A stretch of DNA of 64,000 nt from Macrostomum lignano. Taxonomy: Eukaryota. This document shows positions 11,886 through 21,377 of the stretch, in pieces; position 1 is the first letter of the stretch; each line of letters opens with the position of its first letter. Under the pieces are notes generated by a model that saw nothing but the letters and a program-made list of their open reading frames with translations, had not been told where the DNA came from and did no database searches. The translations under genes were made by a program, and so were the position numbers. Where the stretch lies: assembly GCA_002269645.1 (NCBI GenBank), contig NIVC01001379.1:62001-126000 (forward strand), read 5' to 3'.

Positions 11886-14800
11886 TCACACTAGGACCCA
11901 GCCATCGTCAAGAACTTCGCTGCTGCAGTCGCTGGTCGCCTCACTCCGCGCCGGGTCGGGAGCGCGGGGCTGGTGCGCACGTTTCAGCTTGTTTGCGTGG
12001 ACCACCCGACCGGTGTCGCCGTCCTTGTAATCGATAGGACGAACCAGGTAGTTCACCGGCGACGTTCGCTGCAGCACCCGGAACGGGCCGGTCCAGGGCG
12101 CCTGGTGTTTCGGAGCCAGTCCAGTCGTCCTTGAAAGCGCCGACGGCGGAACGAAAACCCATACGAGGTCGCCGACCCGGAATCTGCACCGCTTGGCCTT
12201 CCGGTCGTAGTACCGCCGCTGGCGTCGTTGTGCCGTCGCCATCGATCGCCGCACGGAGTCGTAGGCGCGAAGCAGCTGGTCGCGGTTGTTGGCGGCGAAC
12301 TGGCCGACTGTCATTGGCGGCTCCGGTGGCCGGTAGACGACGTCAACTGGAAGCGTCATTTCCCGGCCAGTCAGCAGGCAGTGAGGAGTAAACCCGGTTG
12401 TAGCATTGACGCTGCTGCGGTAGGCCAGGAGACAATGCGGCAGCACTTCTTCCCAGTCCTCCGGCTGAACTGACTGCAGGTGGCAGCGGAGCATCTGGTG
12501 CAGAGTGCGGTGGAACCTTTCTACTAGGCCGTCGCACTGCGGATGGTAGCCGGATGTCCGCGTCTTCTGAATCTCCAGCAGCCGGCACAGGCTCCTGATG
12601 ACCTTTCCGTCCACGGCCTTGCCACGGTCGGAGTGCAGAATGTGCGGGGCTCCGAAACGCGTCACCCAGTTGTCGAACAGTGCCTTGGCGATGGTGGCCG
12701 CTTTCTCGTCGGGGAGTGGCACCAGCTCGACCCACTTGGTGAAGTAGTCGACAATGGTGAGCAGCCGATCGTTTCCCCGCCGTGACAGTCCAACTTTGAC
12801 CACGTCGATGCCCACGCGCTGCATAGGAAATCCACTGGCCATAGTCTGCAGTGGAGCTCGGCGCTGACTCGGTGTCTTAGCGCGCTGGCACACTTGGCAG
12901 GACCTGACCGCTAGGCGAACGCTCTCCGCCATTTTCGGCCAGTAGCAACGCTGCTTGAGGGCTGCCAAGGTCTTGTCCTCGCCCAGATGCCCAAGCTCAT
13001 GGACCTCCTCGATGAACTCCTCCTGTCTGCAGCGCGGAATCACAGGCACAGGCTTGGACTTCACCAGCTTGTTCAGGGCGCCGTCGACGAAACACAGGTC
13101 GCCGATCTTCTGTGCCAGAATTAGGCTCTCAGGCGACAGTCGGTCACGTCTGCTGGCGCTGAACCTTGTCTTGCCGTTGGACAGCAGGCGAAACACCGGG
13201 CCGATGTCTGGATCACGGAGCTGCAGTTCACGCAGTGACTGAGACGCATCTGACAGCGCCTCGCCTTCCTGAATGGCCTCGTCGCTGATTTCGTCTTCGC
13301 TGGAGTCCTCGCTCTCGCTTGGCCGCGGTTGAAGCTGCTGCTTCCGCCTTGAGGTGCCCTGACGTTCCGGCTCGGCGTTGGTCTGGGCAGCCGCAGAGGT
13401 AGCCGGCGCTGATGTCGCTGCGTTGGTTTGCACGGAGTTGACTCTGACTGTGTCGACCCGGCCAGCAGGCTCCGCGATTGGCACTGGCGCCTCGACCGTC
13501 GGCTCCGTCTGGCAGGCGGCTGTTGAAGTCTCGGCTGGCGCCACCGCTGTCGTCCCTGGCCGACAGACTCGACACTGGCTGGTGCACTTTTGCTCTCGCC
13601 GAGAGAGGGCGTCTGCGTTGCCGTGTTGGCGGCCTCGGCGAAAGACGACCTTGAAGTTGAACTCATCGAGCAGCTGCAGCCATCTGGCCAGCTGGCCTTC
13701 GGGCTCTTTGAATGCCAGCAGATAGGTGAGCGCCTGGTGATCCACTCGAACGGTGAAGGCGCGCGGCAGCAGGTAGCTCCGGAACTTCTTAACAAACTCG
13801 ACAACAGCCAGGAGCTCGCGCCGCGTCACGCAGTAGTTGCGCTCAGCTCTTGACAGGGCGCGGCTGGCGTAGGCGATAACCCGCTCTTCGCTCGCCTGCA
13901 CTTGCGACAGCACCGCGCCGATTGCGCAGTCACTTGCGTCGGTGTCGAGGATGAATTCGGAGCCCGACTCGCTCATGTCCGGGAACGCCAGGATCGGAGC
14001 TGACAGCAGCGCTTGCTTCAGCTGGTTGAAGGCCGCCTCGGCTTCTGGCGTCCACTCGAAGGGCGTAGGCAGTGTAAGGCGGCGCAGAGGCTCGGCGATA
14101 TTGGCGTATTCGCGCACAAATCTTCGGTAGTAGGAGGTCATGCCGAGGAAGCTCTTGACGTCCTTCGAGCTCCGGGGCACCGGCCAGTCTCGCACAGCCG
14201 CGGTTTTGCCCTCATCGACGGTGATGCCGGTCTTGCTGACGCGGTGGCCCAGGACTAACATGCTGGTATTTGCAAATCGGCACTTTGACGGCTTGAGGCG
14301 CAGGTTAAACTCGCGCAGTCGCTCCAGAACTGAACGCAGCCGATCGTTGTGCTGGCCGATGGTCTGGCCCATCACGATGACGTCGTCAATGAACACCAGA
14401 CAGGCCTGCCACGTCAGCCCCCGGAGCACCAGCTGCATGAGCCGCTGAAAGGTGGCTGGTGCATTCCGGAGTCCGAACGGCATCACGTTGAATTCAAACA
14501 GGCCTTCATGGCACACAAATGCCGTCTTCTCCTTGTCTCGGTCATTCATCTCGACTTGCCAGTAGCCACTTTCGAGATCCAGCGCTGAGAAGTAGCTGTT
14601 TCCTTCGAGGGCATCCAGAGTGTCATCGATGCGGGGCATCGGGAAGGCATCGGGCTTGGTCACCGCGTTCAGCAGGCGGTAGTCCAAGCAAAATCTGGCC
14701 GACCCGTCCTTCTTGCGAACCAGAACTATCGGAGATGCCCAAGGTGATGACGATGGTCGGACGACTCCCTTTGCCAGCATCTCGTTGACCAGCTCCTTCT

Positions 14801-15821
14801 GCTGTGCGATCGCTGTGGGAGCCAGGCGCCGCAGTCCTTGGCGAATTGGCCTGGCGTTGCCTGTGTCGATCTCGTGCTTTAACAATTGGGTGCGGCCTGG
14901 GTTGCTGGGGCTCGCGAATACGTCACTGAACTCCAGCAGAAGGCGTTCGACTTGCTGCCGCTCCTCGGTTGGGATGTCATCGGCGATTTGCACCTCGTCC
15001 TGCCAGGTCGTTGCAGTAGTCGGATCTGCCTCGCTGGCATCACCAGATCCTCCGGCTTGCAGGTGCGCCAGGGCTCGGCCAGACAGCGGGTTGAAGTTGC
15101 CGACGATGTCGCCCTCCTTGATCTCGACTGTCTCATCTCTGGTGTTGATGACAGCAACCCCCATTCCGTGGTCAACCAGCTTGGACACGCTGCGGCCGAT
15201 CATCACTTTGGCCGCCTTGCTGCCGCAGACAACGCCTGGTGCCTCCGAGTTCGTCCACGCTGCCGCGCTCGCTGGCCGCACCGGAATGATCCAGCCATCG
15301 CCTGGCTGCAGTCGAACCGTGGCTGCCGCTGCCAGCTTGCAAGTCTGGGCCGCCTGCCTGGATGTCCGCATTGGCAAGGTGACGCCGAGGCCGTTGAACT
15401 CGAGAATGCCTGATCTCAGGTGAATCGAAATGTCAAATTTGTTTAGGAAGTCGCAGCCCAGAATTACCGGTGCGCTGAGGCAGGTCACCGCCAGGAATCT
15501 GTGTCGAAAATGAAGCGGACCAAGAAAAAAACTTATCTCAATTTCGCCCAGCACTGTTGCTTGATTGCCGCCCACGCCATAGATGGTTGTTGAGCTGGGT
15601 CTCAGCTGCCGTCTGAGCCTGGCCGAGTGCACGATGTCGCCGTTGATGCAGGAGATCTCGGCACCGGTGTCGATCATGCACGGCCGGCGTTTTCTGAGCA
15701 TGCGCGAGGTGATGAAGCGCACTTGGTCGGGCTGGCAGCTGGGGCGTGGGGGCTGGGCCGAACTGTTTAGTGCTGAGAGGGCCGGTGCTGGCCCATTGGA
15801 CCAGCCCCCCCAGCGTTTGGG
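11886..15821 (-). CDS. pol: Gypsy Pol (aspartic protease, RT, RNase H, integrase with HHCC and GPF/Y motif); probably expressed by -1 frameshift
   Basis: IDTGAEIS protease; LDLESGYWQ and VFIDD in RT; DTDASD in RNase H; H-x3-H..CQVC, integrase core and WTGPF. 1312-codon ORF with no stops. Confidence 0.97.
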   Translation of the reverse strand, partial: PKRWGGWSNGPAPALSALNSSAQPPRPSCQPDQVRFITSRMLRKRRPCMIDTGAEISCINGDIVHSARLRRQLRPSSTTIYGVGGNQATVLGEIEISFFLGPLHFRHRFLAVTCLSAPVILGCDFLNKFDISIHLRSGILEFNGLGVTLPMRTSRQAAQTCKLAAAATVRLQPGDGWIIPVRPASAAAWTNSEAPGVVCGSKAAKVMIGRSVSKLVDHGMGVAVINTRDETVEIKEGDIVGNFNPLSGRALAHLQAGGSGDASEADPTTATTWQDEVQIADDIPTEERQQVERLLLEFSDVFASPSNPGRTQLLKHEIDTGNARPIRQGLRRLAPTAIAQQKELVNEMLAKGVVRPSSSPWASPIVLVRKKDGSARFCLDYRLLNAVTKPDAFPMPRIDDTLDALEGNSYFSALDLESGYWQVEMNDRDKEKTAFVCHEGLFEFNVMPFGLRNAPATFQRLMQLVLRGLTWQACLVFIDDVIVMGQTIGQHNDRLRSVLERLREFNLRLKPSKCRFANTSMLVLGHRVSKTGITVDEGKTAAVRDWPVPRSSKDVKSFLGMTSYYRRFVREYANIAEPLRRLTLPTPFEWTPEAEAAFNQLKQALLSAPILAFPDMSESGSEFILDTDASDCAIGAVLSQVQASEERVIAYASRALSRAERNYCVTRRELLAVVEFVKKFRSYLLPRAFTVRVDHQALTYLLAFKEPEGQLARWLQLLDEFNFKVVFRRGRQHGNADALSRREQKCTSQCRVCRPGTTAVAPAETSTAACQTEPTVEAPVPIAEPAGRVDTVRVNSVQTNAATSAPATSAAAQTNAEPERQGTSRRKQQLQPRPSESEDSSEDEISDEAIQEGEALSDASQSLRELQLRDPDIGPVFRLLSNGKTRFSASRRDRLSPESLILAQKIGDLCFVDGALNKLVKSKPVPVIPRCRQEEFIEEVHELGHLGEDKTLAALKQRCYWPKMAESVRLAVRSCQVCQRAKTPSQRRAPLQTMASGFPMQRVGIDVVKVGLSRRGNDRLLTIVDYFTKWVELVPLPDEKAATIAKALFDNWVTRFGAPHILHSDRGKAVDGKVIRSLCRLLEIQKTRTSGYHPQCDGLVERFHRTLHQMLRCHLQSVQPEDWEEVLPHCLLAYRSSVNATTGFTPHCLLTGREMTLPVDVVYRPPEPPMTVGQFAANNRDQLLRAYDSVRRSMATAQRRQRRYYDRKAKRCRFRVGDLVWVFVPPSALSRTTGLAPKHQAPWTGPFRVLQRTSPVNYLVRPIDYKDGDTGRVVHANKLKRAHQPRAPDPARSEATSDCSSEVLDDGWVLV

Positions 15822-17080
15822 CACCTCCGGCGGATGTGGCCAGGCTGATGGCAGCCGTAGCAGATGGGCACCGCCCTAGGCTGCTGCTGTTGATGTGCAG
15901 CGGCGTCAGCTGATCTCCATGGTGGCGCTGGGGCTGTCTGCGCTCGATGAGCCGCTGGCTGGTGATGTTGTGTCGTCTGTGGCCCATGCTGCGGTCGGGT
16001 TCCTGTCGGTGTTGACTGAACCGGTGCCGCTGGAGCTGACGCCTCGGCGCTGTGGTGCTGCGACTGGGAATTCATTATCTGCCGGGTCTCGCGCACTTGC
16101 TGGGCATAATGCAGGGCCTGATCCGGTGTAGTAAGAGGCAGCTGCATATTAAGCAGCCGCTCCGTCACGTAGTTGTCGTTCAGCCCTTGAATGAACCGCT
16201 CAAGCACAGTCTGCTGGCGACAGTCTTGAGCACCGAGCTCTGGGTAGGCCTTGAACGCGAGTCGCTGGAGGGCAGTCAGAAAATCCTCGAACCTCTCGTC
16301 CCTGCCCCGGCACCGACTGTGAAGCTCGCGCCGAAGTAGCGCAGTGCTGGTGGCACCGCCATGACGAGCGCGAAGGTGCTGCAGGAGATCTTCATAGCGG
16401 GCACCTGGCAGGAACTGCAGTGAAGTCCCAACGGGCTGTCCATGCTGCGCGCACAGTTGGTAGAGCCAGACCTCGTAGGTAGCGAATGCTGGTCCCAGGT
16501 AACTGCTGAGCGTGTTGATCTTGCTGTAGTCACTCAGTCCTTGGTGCCGGCTTAAATACGAAGACACTCGACCCAGAAAGTCATCGAACGGTTCGGATCC
16601 GTTGAAGGGCGCCGGCTTCGGCACCGACGGAAGCTGGATTGCTTGTTGATATACCGGTGCGCACAGGTTGCGGTCGCCAGCGCCAGGGTGAGATCCGCCT
16701 TGGAGCAACGGAGCCCATGGTTCGGCCATACGGTGCACAGAGGGTCTTGGTGGATGTGTCACTGCAGCTGCCGCAGCTGCCGCGGAAGGCCTGGTGTCCA
16801 GCAGGAATGAGTCTCCCGTCGCCATGTAGTTCGTTGACGGTTGGCCGGGCCCGGGGGGCACTGGCACTTGAGACTGACAGCAGCGTGCTTCATCGACAGA
16901 GATTTGCACAGGATCGAGGTCACGAAGCTCTTGATAGCGCCGCCAGTTCGCCTCCCGTTCGGATTCTGGCTCACTGGTTGACGAAGAGGTGTAAGCCGTA
17001 GCCGCAGCGGTCGGACGTAAAATATCGCGATTTCTCAGTCTTAGCCGTTGAGGCTCTTCTGCCTCACGTTCTGACCACAT
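15767..17080 (-). CDS. gag: Gypsy Gag (~437 aa) with CCHC zinc knuckle
   Basis: First ATG downstream of the PBS is at 17080 (MWSERE). Capsid-like region (FNGSEPFDDFL..ERFIQGL) and CYGCHQPGHIRRRC knuckle. Confidence 0.92.
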   Translation of the reverse strand: MWSEREAEEPQRLRLRNRDILRPTAAATAYTSSSTSEPESEREANWRRYQELRDLDPVQISVDEARCCQSQVPVPPGPGQPSTNYMATGDSFLLDTRPSAAAAAAAVTHPPRPSVHRMAEPWAPLLQGGSHPGAGDRNLCAPVYQQAIQLPSVPKPAPFNGSEPFDDFLGRVSSYLSRHQGLSDYSKINTLSSYLGPAFATYEVWLYQLCAQHGQPVGTSLQFLPGARYEDLLQHLRARHGGATSTALLRRELHSRCRGRDERFEDFLTALQRLAFKAYPELGAQDCRQQTVLERFIQGLNDNYVTERLLNMQLPLTTPDQALHYAQQVRETRQIMNSQSQHHSAEASAPAAPVQSTPTGTRPQHGPQTTQHHQPAAHRAQTAPAPPWRSADAAAHQQQQPRAVPICYGCHQPGHIRRRCPNAGGAGPMGQHRPSQH

Positions 17081-17132
17081 GATGATCGATGACAGGTGCA
17101 ACCTTCGGTCTTTTATGCTATGAAGAAATTCG

Positions 17133-17149
17133 TCCTGGCGTGGTCGCCA
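17133..17149 (-). other. Primer-binding site, probably tRNA-Arg
   Basis: Minus TGGCGACCACGCCAGGA, 2 nt after the 5' LTR, complementary to a tRNA 3' end ...UCCUGGCGUGGUCGCCA. The GGUCG-CCA end is typical of animal tRNA-Arg(UCG) (assignment inferred from memory). Confidence 0.7.
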
Positions 17150-17151
17150 AA

Positions 17152-17466
17152 TGTAACAGGAACGGAGGCAGGACACTAAATTTGACTTTGAGCCTTGACC
17201 GCCCAATCACCAGCTTGCACAGCTGCCTGCTTACTAGGCACACTCTAAAGCATGGCCAGTAACAGTTCGAGCTATGATTCAGCATTTATTGGACTCACCA
17301 TCGAGCTAAGGCGATGAAATTCAGCTGATATAAAGTTACGAATATAAAGTATTGAACGAAACGAAAATATACGTGTATTATTACATTGCTATGCGATTAC
17401 TTTGCTTTACTTAACACACGCCTCGAGTTGGCACCAATTTAAATTACGAAATTAAGGTGTACTACA
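17152..17466 (-). repeat. 5' LTR of the Gypsy element
   Basis: Near-identical to 10904-11217 and followed by TSD TTAC. Confidence 0.97.
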
Positions 17467-18427
17467 TTACATTTAGAGTTTTCTACGATTCGTATATTTT
17501 ACATCAGCTGTGTGCATCGGAGACTTAGAAACTTAGGAGTTAGAACAGTTACTAAAATTCACAATGTGAAAGGTTGTCTTAAATGTATCTACAGTAGCTA
17601 AAGCCTAAAATCAAGTGCAATGCTAGGAGTAGGCCTAGCCTTGATAGATGTTATTCCTTTTTGGAGTCCTCAACTGGGTTTTTTGTTGCAATGCACAGCA
17701 GAGTGAGTGTGCATATGCACCCTAAATTTTGAAATTTTAGACGGTCATTTTTTCATCACCAAATAACCGTCAGCATAGTTTATGCTCTGCTATGTGTTCA
17801 GTTCTTTTAGAATTCATAAGCAGCTATGTGAAAACTAGAACTAGAACTAGAAGTTTGACACAGAATGAAACAAAGCTGCAAAACTTCAAAAAGCAATCTA
17901 TCTATTATGATTCAAAAGTTACAAGTGCTTAAAGTTCAAAAACATGATGTGAACCTATTGTGAAATGACCCATTATCAGAAAGGCATTGCAACAATTAAG
18001 GACCTTTTTGTGTTGCAACAATAAAGGACCTTTTTGGGCTATTGACAATAAAGAACCCTTTCTTGAATACATTTCTATCTTTTGTACACCAACAGCTACA
18101 CTATATGCCAGCTGTGTGATGCAATTTTCCAGCAAAGGGTTCTATATGCCAGATATTTTACATGAAACATATCTTTCAAAACCTTTTTATGCCAGAATTT
18201 TTTATCATATGATATATATAAGCCCTAAGATTTGGAAGTGGAGATTTTTAGAAAAAATATTACTTTGTACAAAAGACAAGTATGATATTTAGTAAAAGTA
18301 AATTTTACTAAATTATTGCTTTATTGCTAGTTATTATTTCTATGCTTGACACCATAGCAAACTATCTATTTTAGTATAGACTTGGTAGATAAACTAATAT
18401 TAGATTAGGCCTAGGCCTACTAAAGGC

Positions 18428-18861
18428 CCATAGTCAGGAAGGTGGCCTTTGCCATGGAAAATTCCAGTGCATACAAGGGGTCCTTGGCACACTTGTTGCA
18501 CAATCATGGCACACATTGAGGTCCCTGATGCATGCAGTGCACAAGCATGGCGCACACTGAGATCCCTAGCACATGCGGTACATAATTGCGGCGCCTAAAT
18601 TCCTTGATATATGTGGTGCTATGCACAACTTTGGTGCATAAGGAATCAGAATAGAATCTTTATTAGCATAAAACTGGCATAGCACATTGAGTCTGCATGA
18701 ATTCTAAGAATTTTATAAATTTGTCATAAAAAATGTAAAATAAGGGCATAGATATGGCACATAGACGGTGCATAAATAGTGAATAGATGGTGCATAGATG
18801 GCACACAGATCATCCCAAAAAATTTATTCCGGTGCACACTGTGCCACCTTCCTGACTATGG
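18428..18861. mobile_element. 434-bp MITE with perfect 19-bp TIRs and 8-bp TSD
   Basis: TIR CCATAGTCAGGAAGGTGGC (18428-18446) and its reverse complement (18843-18861). TSD CTAAAGGC at 18420-18427 and 18862-18869. Loose internal tandem motif TGGCACACATTGAG. Confidence 0.92.
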
Positions 18862-20715
18862 CTAAAGGCTAGGCCTAAAAACAAAATGACTTACATCTTA
18901 TTGCTATTTGTAAAAAATATTTAGGCCTAGTTTATGTCAAATAGATTTTATTCACAAAGTAAGCTTTTTATACCTTTTTATAACTATTCTATTGCAGCTT
19001 ATTGTAGCTATCTATTATATCCTTAAAGTGACCTAGCAATATAGTGTGTATTTTCTAAGGTATAACTCAAAGTCTTATACTTAATACAAAGCAGTAAGCA
19101 TAGTAATAATAATATATATAGCATTAAGTATAGCTTTATATAGTAGTGCAACAAAAAAACTGTTAAGGGAAGAGATAGATTCTAAAGATTAAAAACCTAG
19201 GGGATGGCTCTATTTTTGATAAATATGGATCCCCTTTGTTTTTTCAAGTTTGCCTAAGGGGGAAAGAGGTCCCCCTTCTCTTGGTTGCATCATTGGCCTT
19301 GTACAACAAAACAAAATAGTATAAAAATTATTGGACCTTTTCTTAGTCTTTCTTTTAGTCCCCCTAAGCCTATCTATGACCTTTTAAGAATAGGCCCTTT
19401 AATAATTGGTACTAAGCATATTAATAACCTAGTTGTGATGGATCTAAATTTGAATTCAAATTTGATATTCCAAATTTCAAAACCTAATTTTGCAGTAAAA
19501 TACTTTCAATTTCAAATTGAGCTTTGAATTTTAGTAAAAATTAAATTATATCAAATCAAATTTTTCTACTATACTTTAATCCCTACTGCTGCACTTTATA
19601 ATTCTTTTAATGTCTTAAAATATTTCTGGTAGCATCTTGGTATATTTCTGGCATAAGCAGTTTTATTGGTATATATACTATTTTTTGTCTAGGTGTTATT
19701 GAGATTAGAGGGTCATAGCATTACTTTTTATATAGATTTGCTTAAAGCCCCAATTCCCTTTCTTTGATTAACTTTCTTTAAGCTCTCTATTAGATTATTT
19801 ATTGAAAATAAGCAACACTTATAAGTCTAAAAATGAATTTAATAAACTCAAACACAAGTTAATAATTAAACAAGTTACAAGGTTTGTATTTAGTTTATTT
19901 CCCTAAACTTGGCTCCTGTTTATACTAAATATATGACATATATTTAAACAAATTTTATAAAATAAAAATATTTTGTATAATATATCTATGCAAAGATATA
20001 ATAAAGCATAACAAATATTTTTTTTGTTAGTTTAAAAGTTAAAATTTCTTAGAAACTTAGAAAGCACTTCCTTAGTTGATAAGGAACATTTAGATTTTTT
20101 TGATTGAACAATAAATTAATATAATACTATGCATACATGAGATCTACATTAGACTAGACAAGGCATAGCAATTAAAAGAAGTAAATTAGGAAAGTATAAT
20201 ACCAGAGGTATATTGGTAGTTATCGCTTTAAATATAATATTAAAAATTAGTTAAAATAAATAATTATTATTAGTTTTAATTATCCTTTTTTTAATTTAGT
20301 TTCTAATCATATTAGTGTTACTTTTTTTGTCTAAAATAATAAAGATTGTATTTTTTTTCAAAAATATTTAATTCTTAATTCTTTCTTAAATTCTATTTAT
20401 TTTTCTTCTCAAAGAATCAAAGATCAAAGTTTAAGTTGGGTAATTTTGTGTCTTGTGTGAACAAATGCATGTGCTATTGTGCAAAATATATTTTTTTAAA
20501 CATTTAATAGCCATTTATTATTAATTAACCTGGTGTATATATATTCCTAGAATTGCCTCTATAGGGTCTTTTTATCCTATAGAACCTATTTCTTAATATT
20601 GCCTCTTAAAATTTACAAAAATGATGTATGCCTAGGAAAAAATGGGTTAGGGTCCTATCCTACTTAACCTTGATGCTATAGGTAAATGGCAGAAGTTGCT
20701 ATCACTATATAGAGT

Positions 20716-20904
20716 CTTGTCATAGCCCAGTGGTCTACTGCAGTACTCTCATGTGCTAGCAGCCCAGGCTCGATTCCAAGTGCAGTCACATTAATAATTT
20801 GGGGCTAAATTGGAATCTTGGCTTGGCTCTGCTCATGCAATTAATGACCTTGAGGGCCAACCCCCAAAGCACAGTGAAGTGTACATGCCTAACAATAAAT
20901 AAAG
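20716..20904 (+). mobile_element. tRNA-derived SINE-like element
   Basis: A box TAGCCCAGTGG (20723-20733) and B box GGCTCGATTCC (20767-20777) at tRNA spacing, a ~120-nt body and an AATAAATAAAG tail. Confidence 0.5.
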
Positions 20905-21377
20905 TTAGAGCTGTTGTATACTCCTGTGTGTGCCTGTATATATGACTGTGTAGGTATCTGTGCGCTTGTGTGCCTGCTCAGGGGAGTCTGTGGAATGGGC
21001 AGTAATGCCTCTCGCCGGTTGTGCAACAATGTCGCTTAAAGTGCACCAGGATGCGTACAACCCTTTGTCTCTGATGAACAGTAGATTTATTATCATTCCA
21101 TAAGTTTTCTTTCCCCGCAGTTCTTTAAGTATCTTCGTTATATGTTTAGTCTTAATTGTTTTAAAAATCATGTACAATGCACGTGTCTTTAAAATGCATT
21201 GCAATCAAGTGTTTTTTTCTAATGAACTGTAATAATGTGTGCTTTATCTTGATGCAAATCAAAGCCACCAGATATTGAAGCTCAGTTTACTGCTATGCTA
21301 GCCTAAGTTAACTGAAGCGTCTGTGGACTACCAAAACATTGTCTCAGCGGCCAGGGCAGCTCAGCAGCCAATCAGCA

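Larger units (their letters stand above)
10904..17466 (-). mobile_element. Intact Ty3/Gypsy LTR retrotransposon (6563 bp), recent insertion
   Basis: TG...CA LTRs of 314 and 315 bp, 4-bp TSD TTAC (10900-10903 and 17467-17470), PBS, PPT, and open gag and pol in PR-RT-RH-IN order. Confidence 0.98.

Noticed and set aside
11941-17001. Many antisense and alternative-frame ORFs over the Gypsy element (e.g. 14713-15423)
   Set aside because: Shadow ORFs of GC-rich gag/pol. No env-like ORF was found in 11218-11885.
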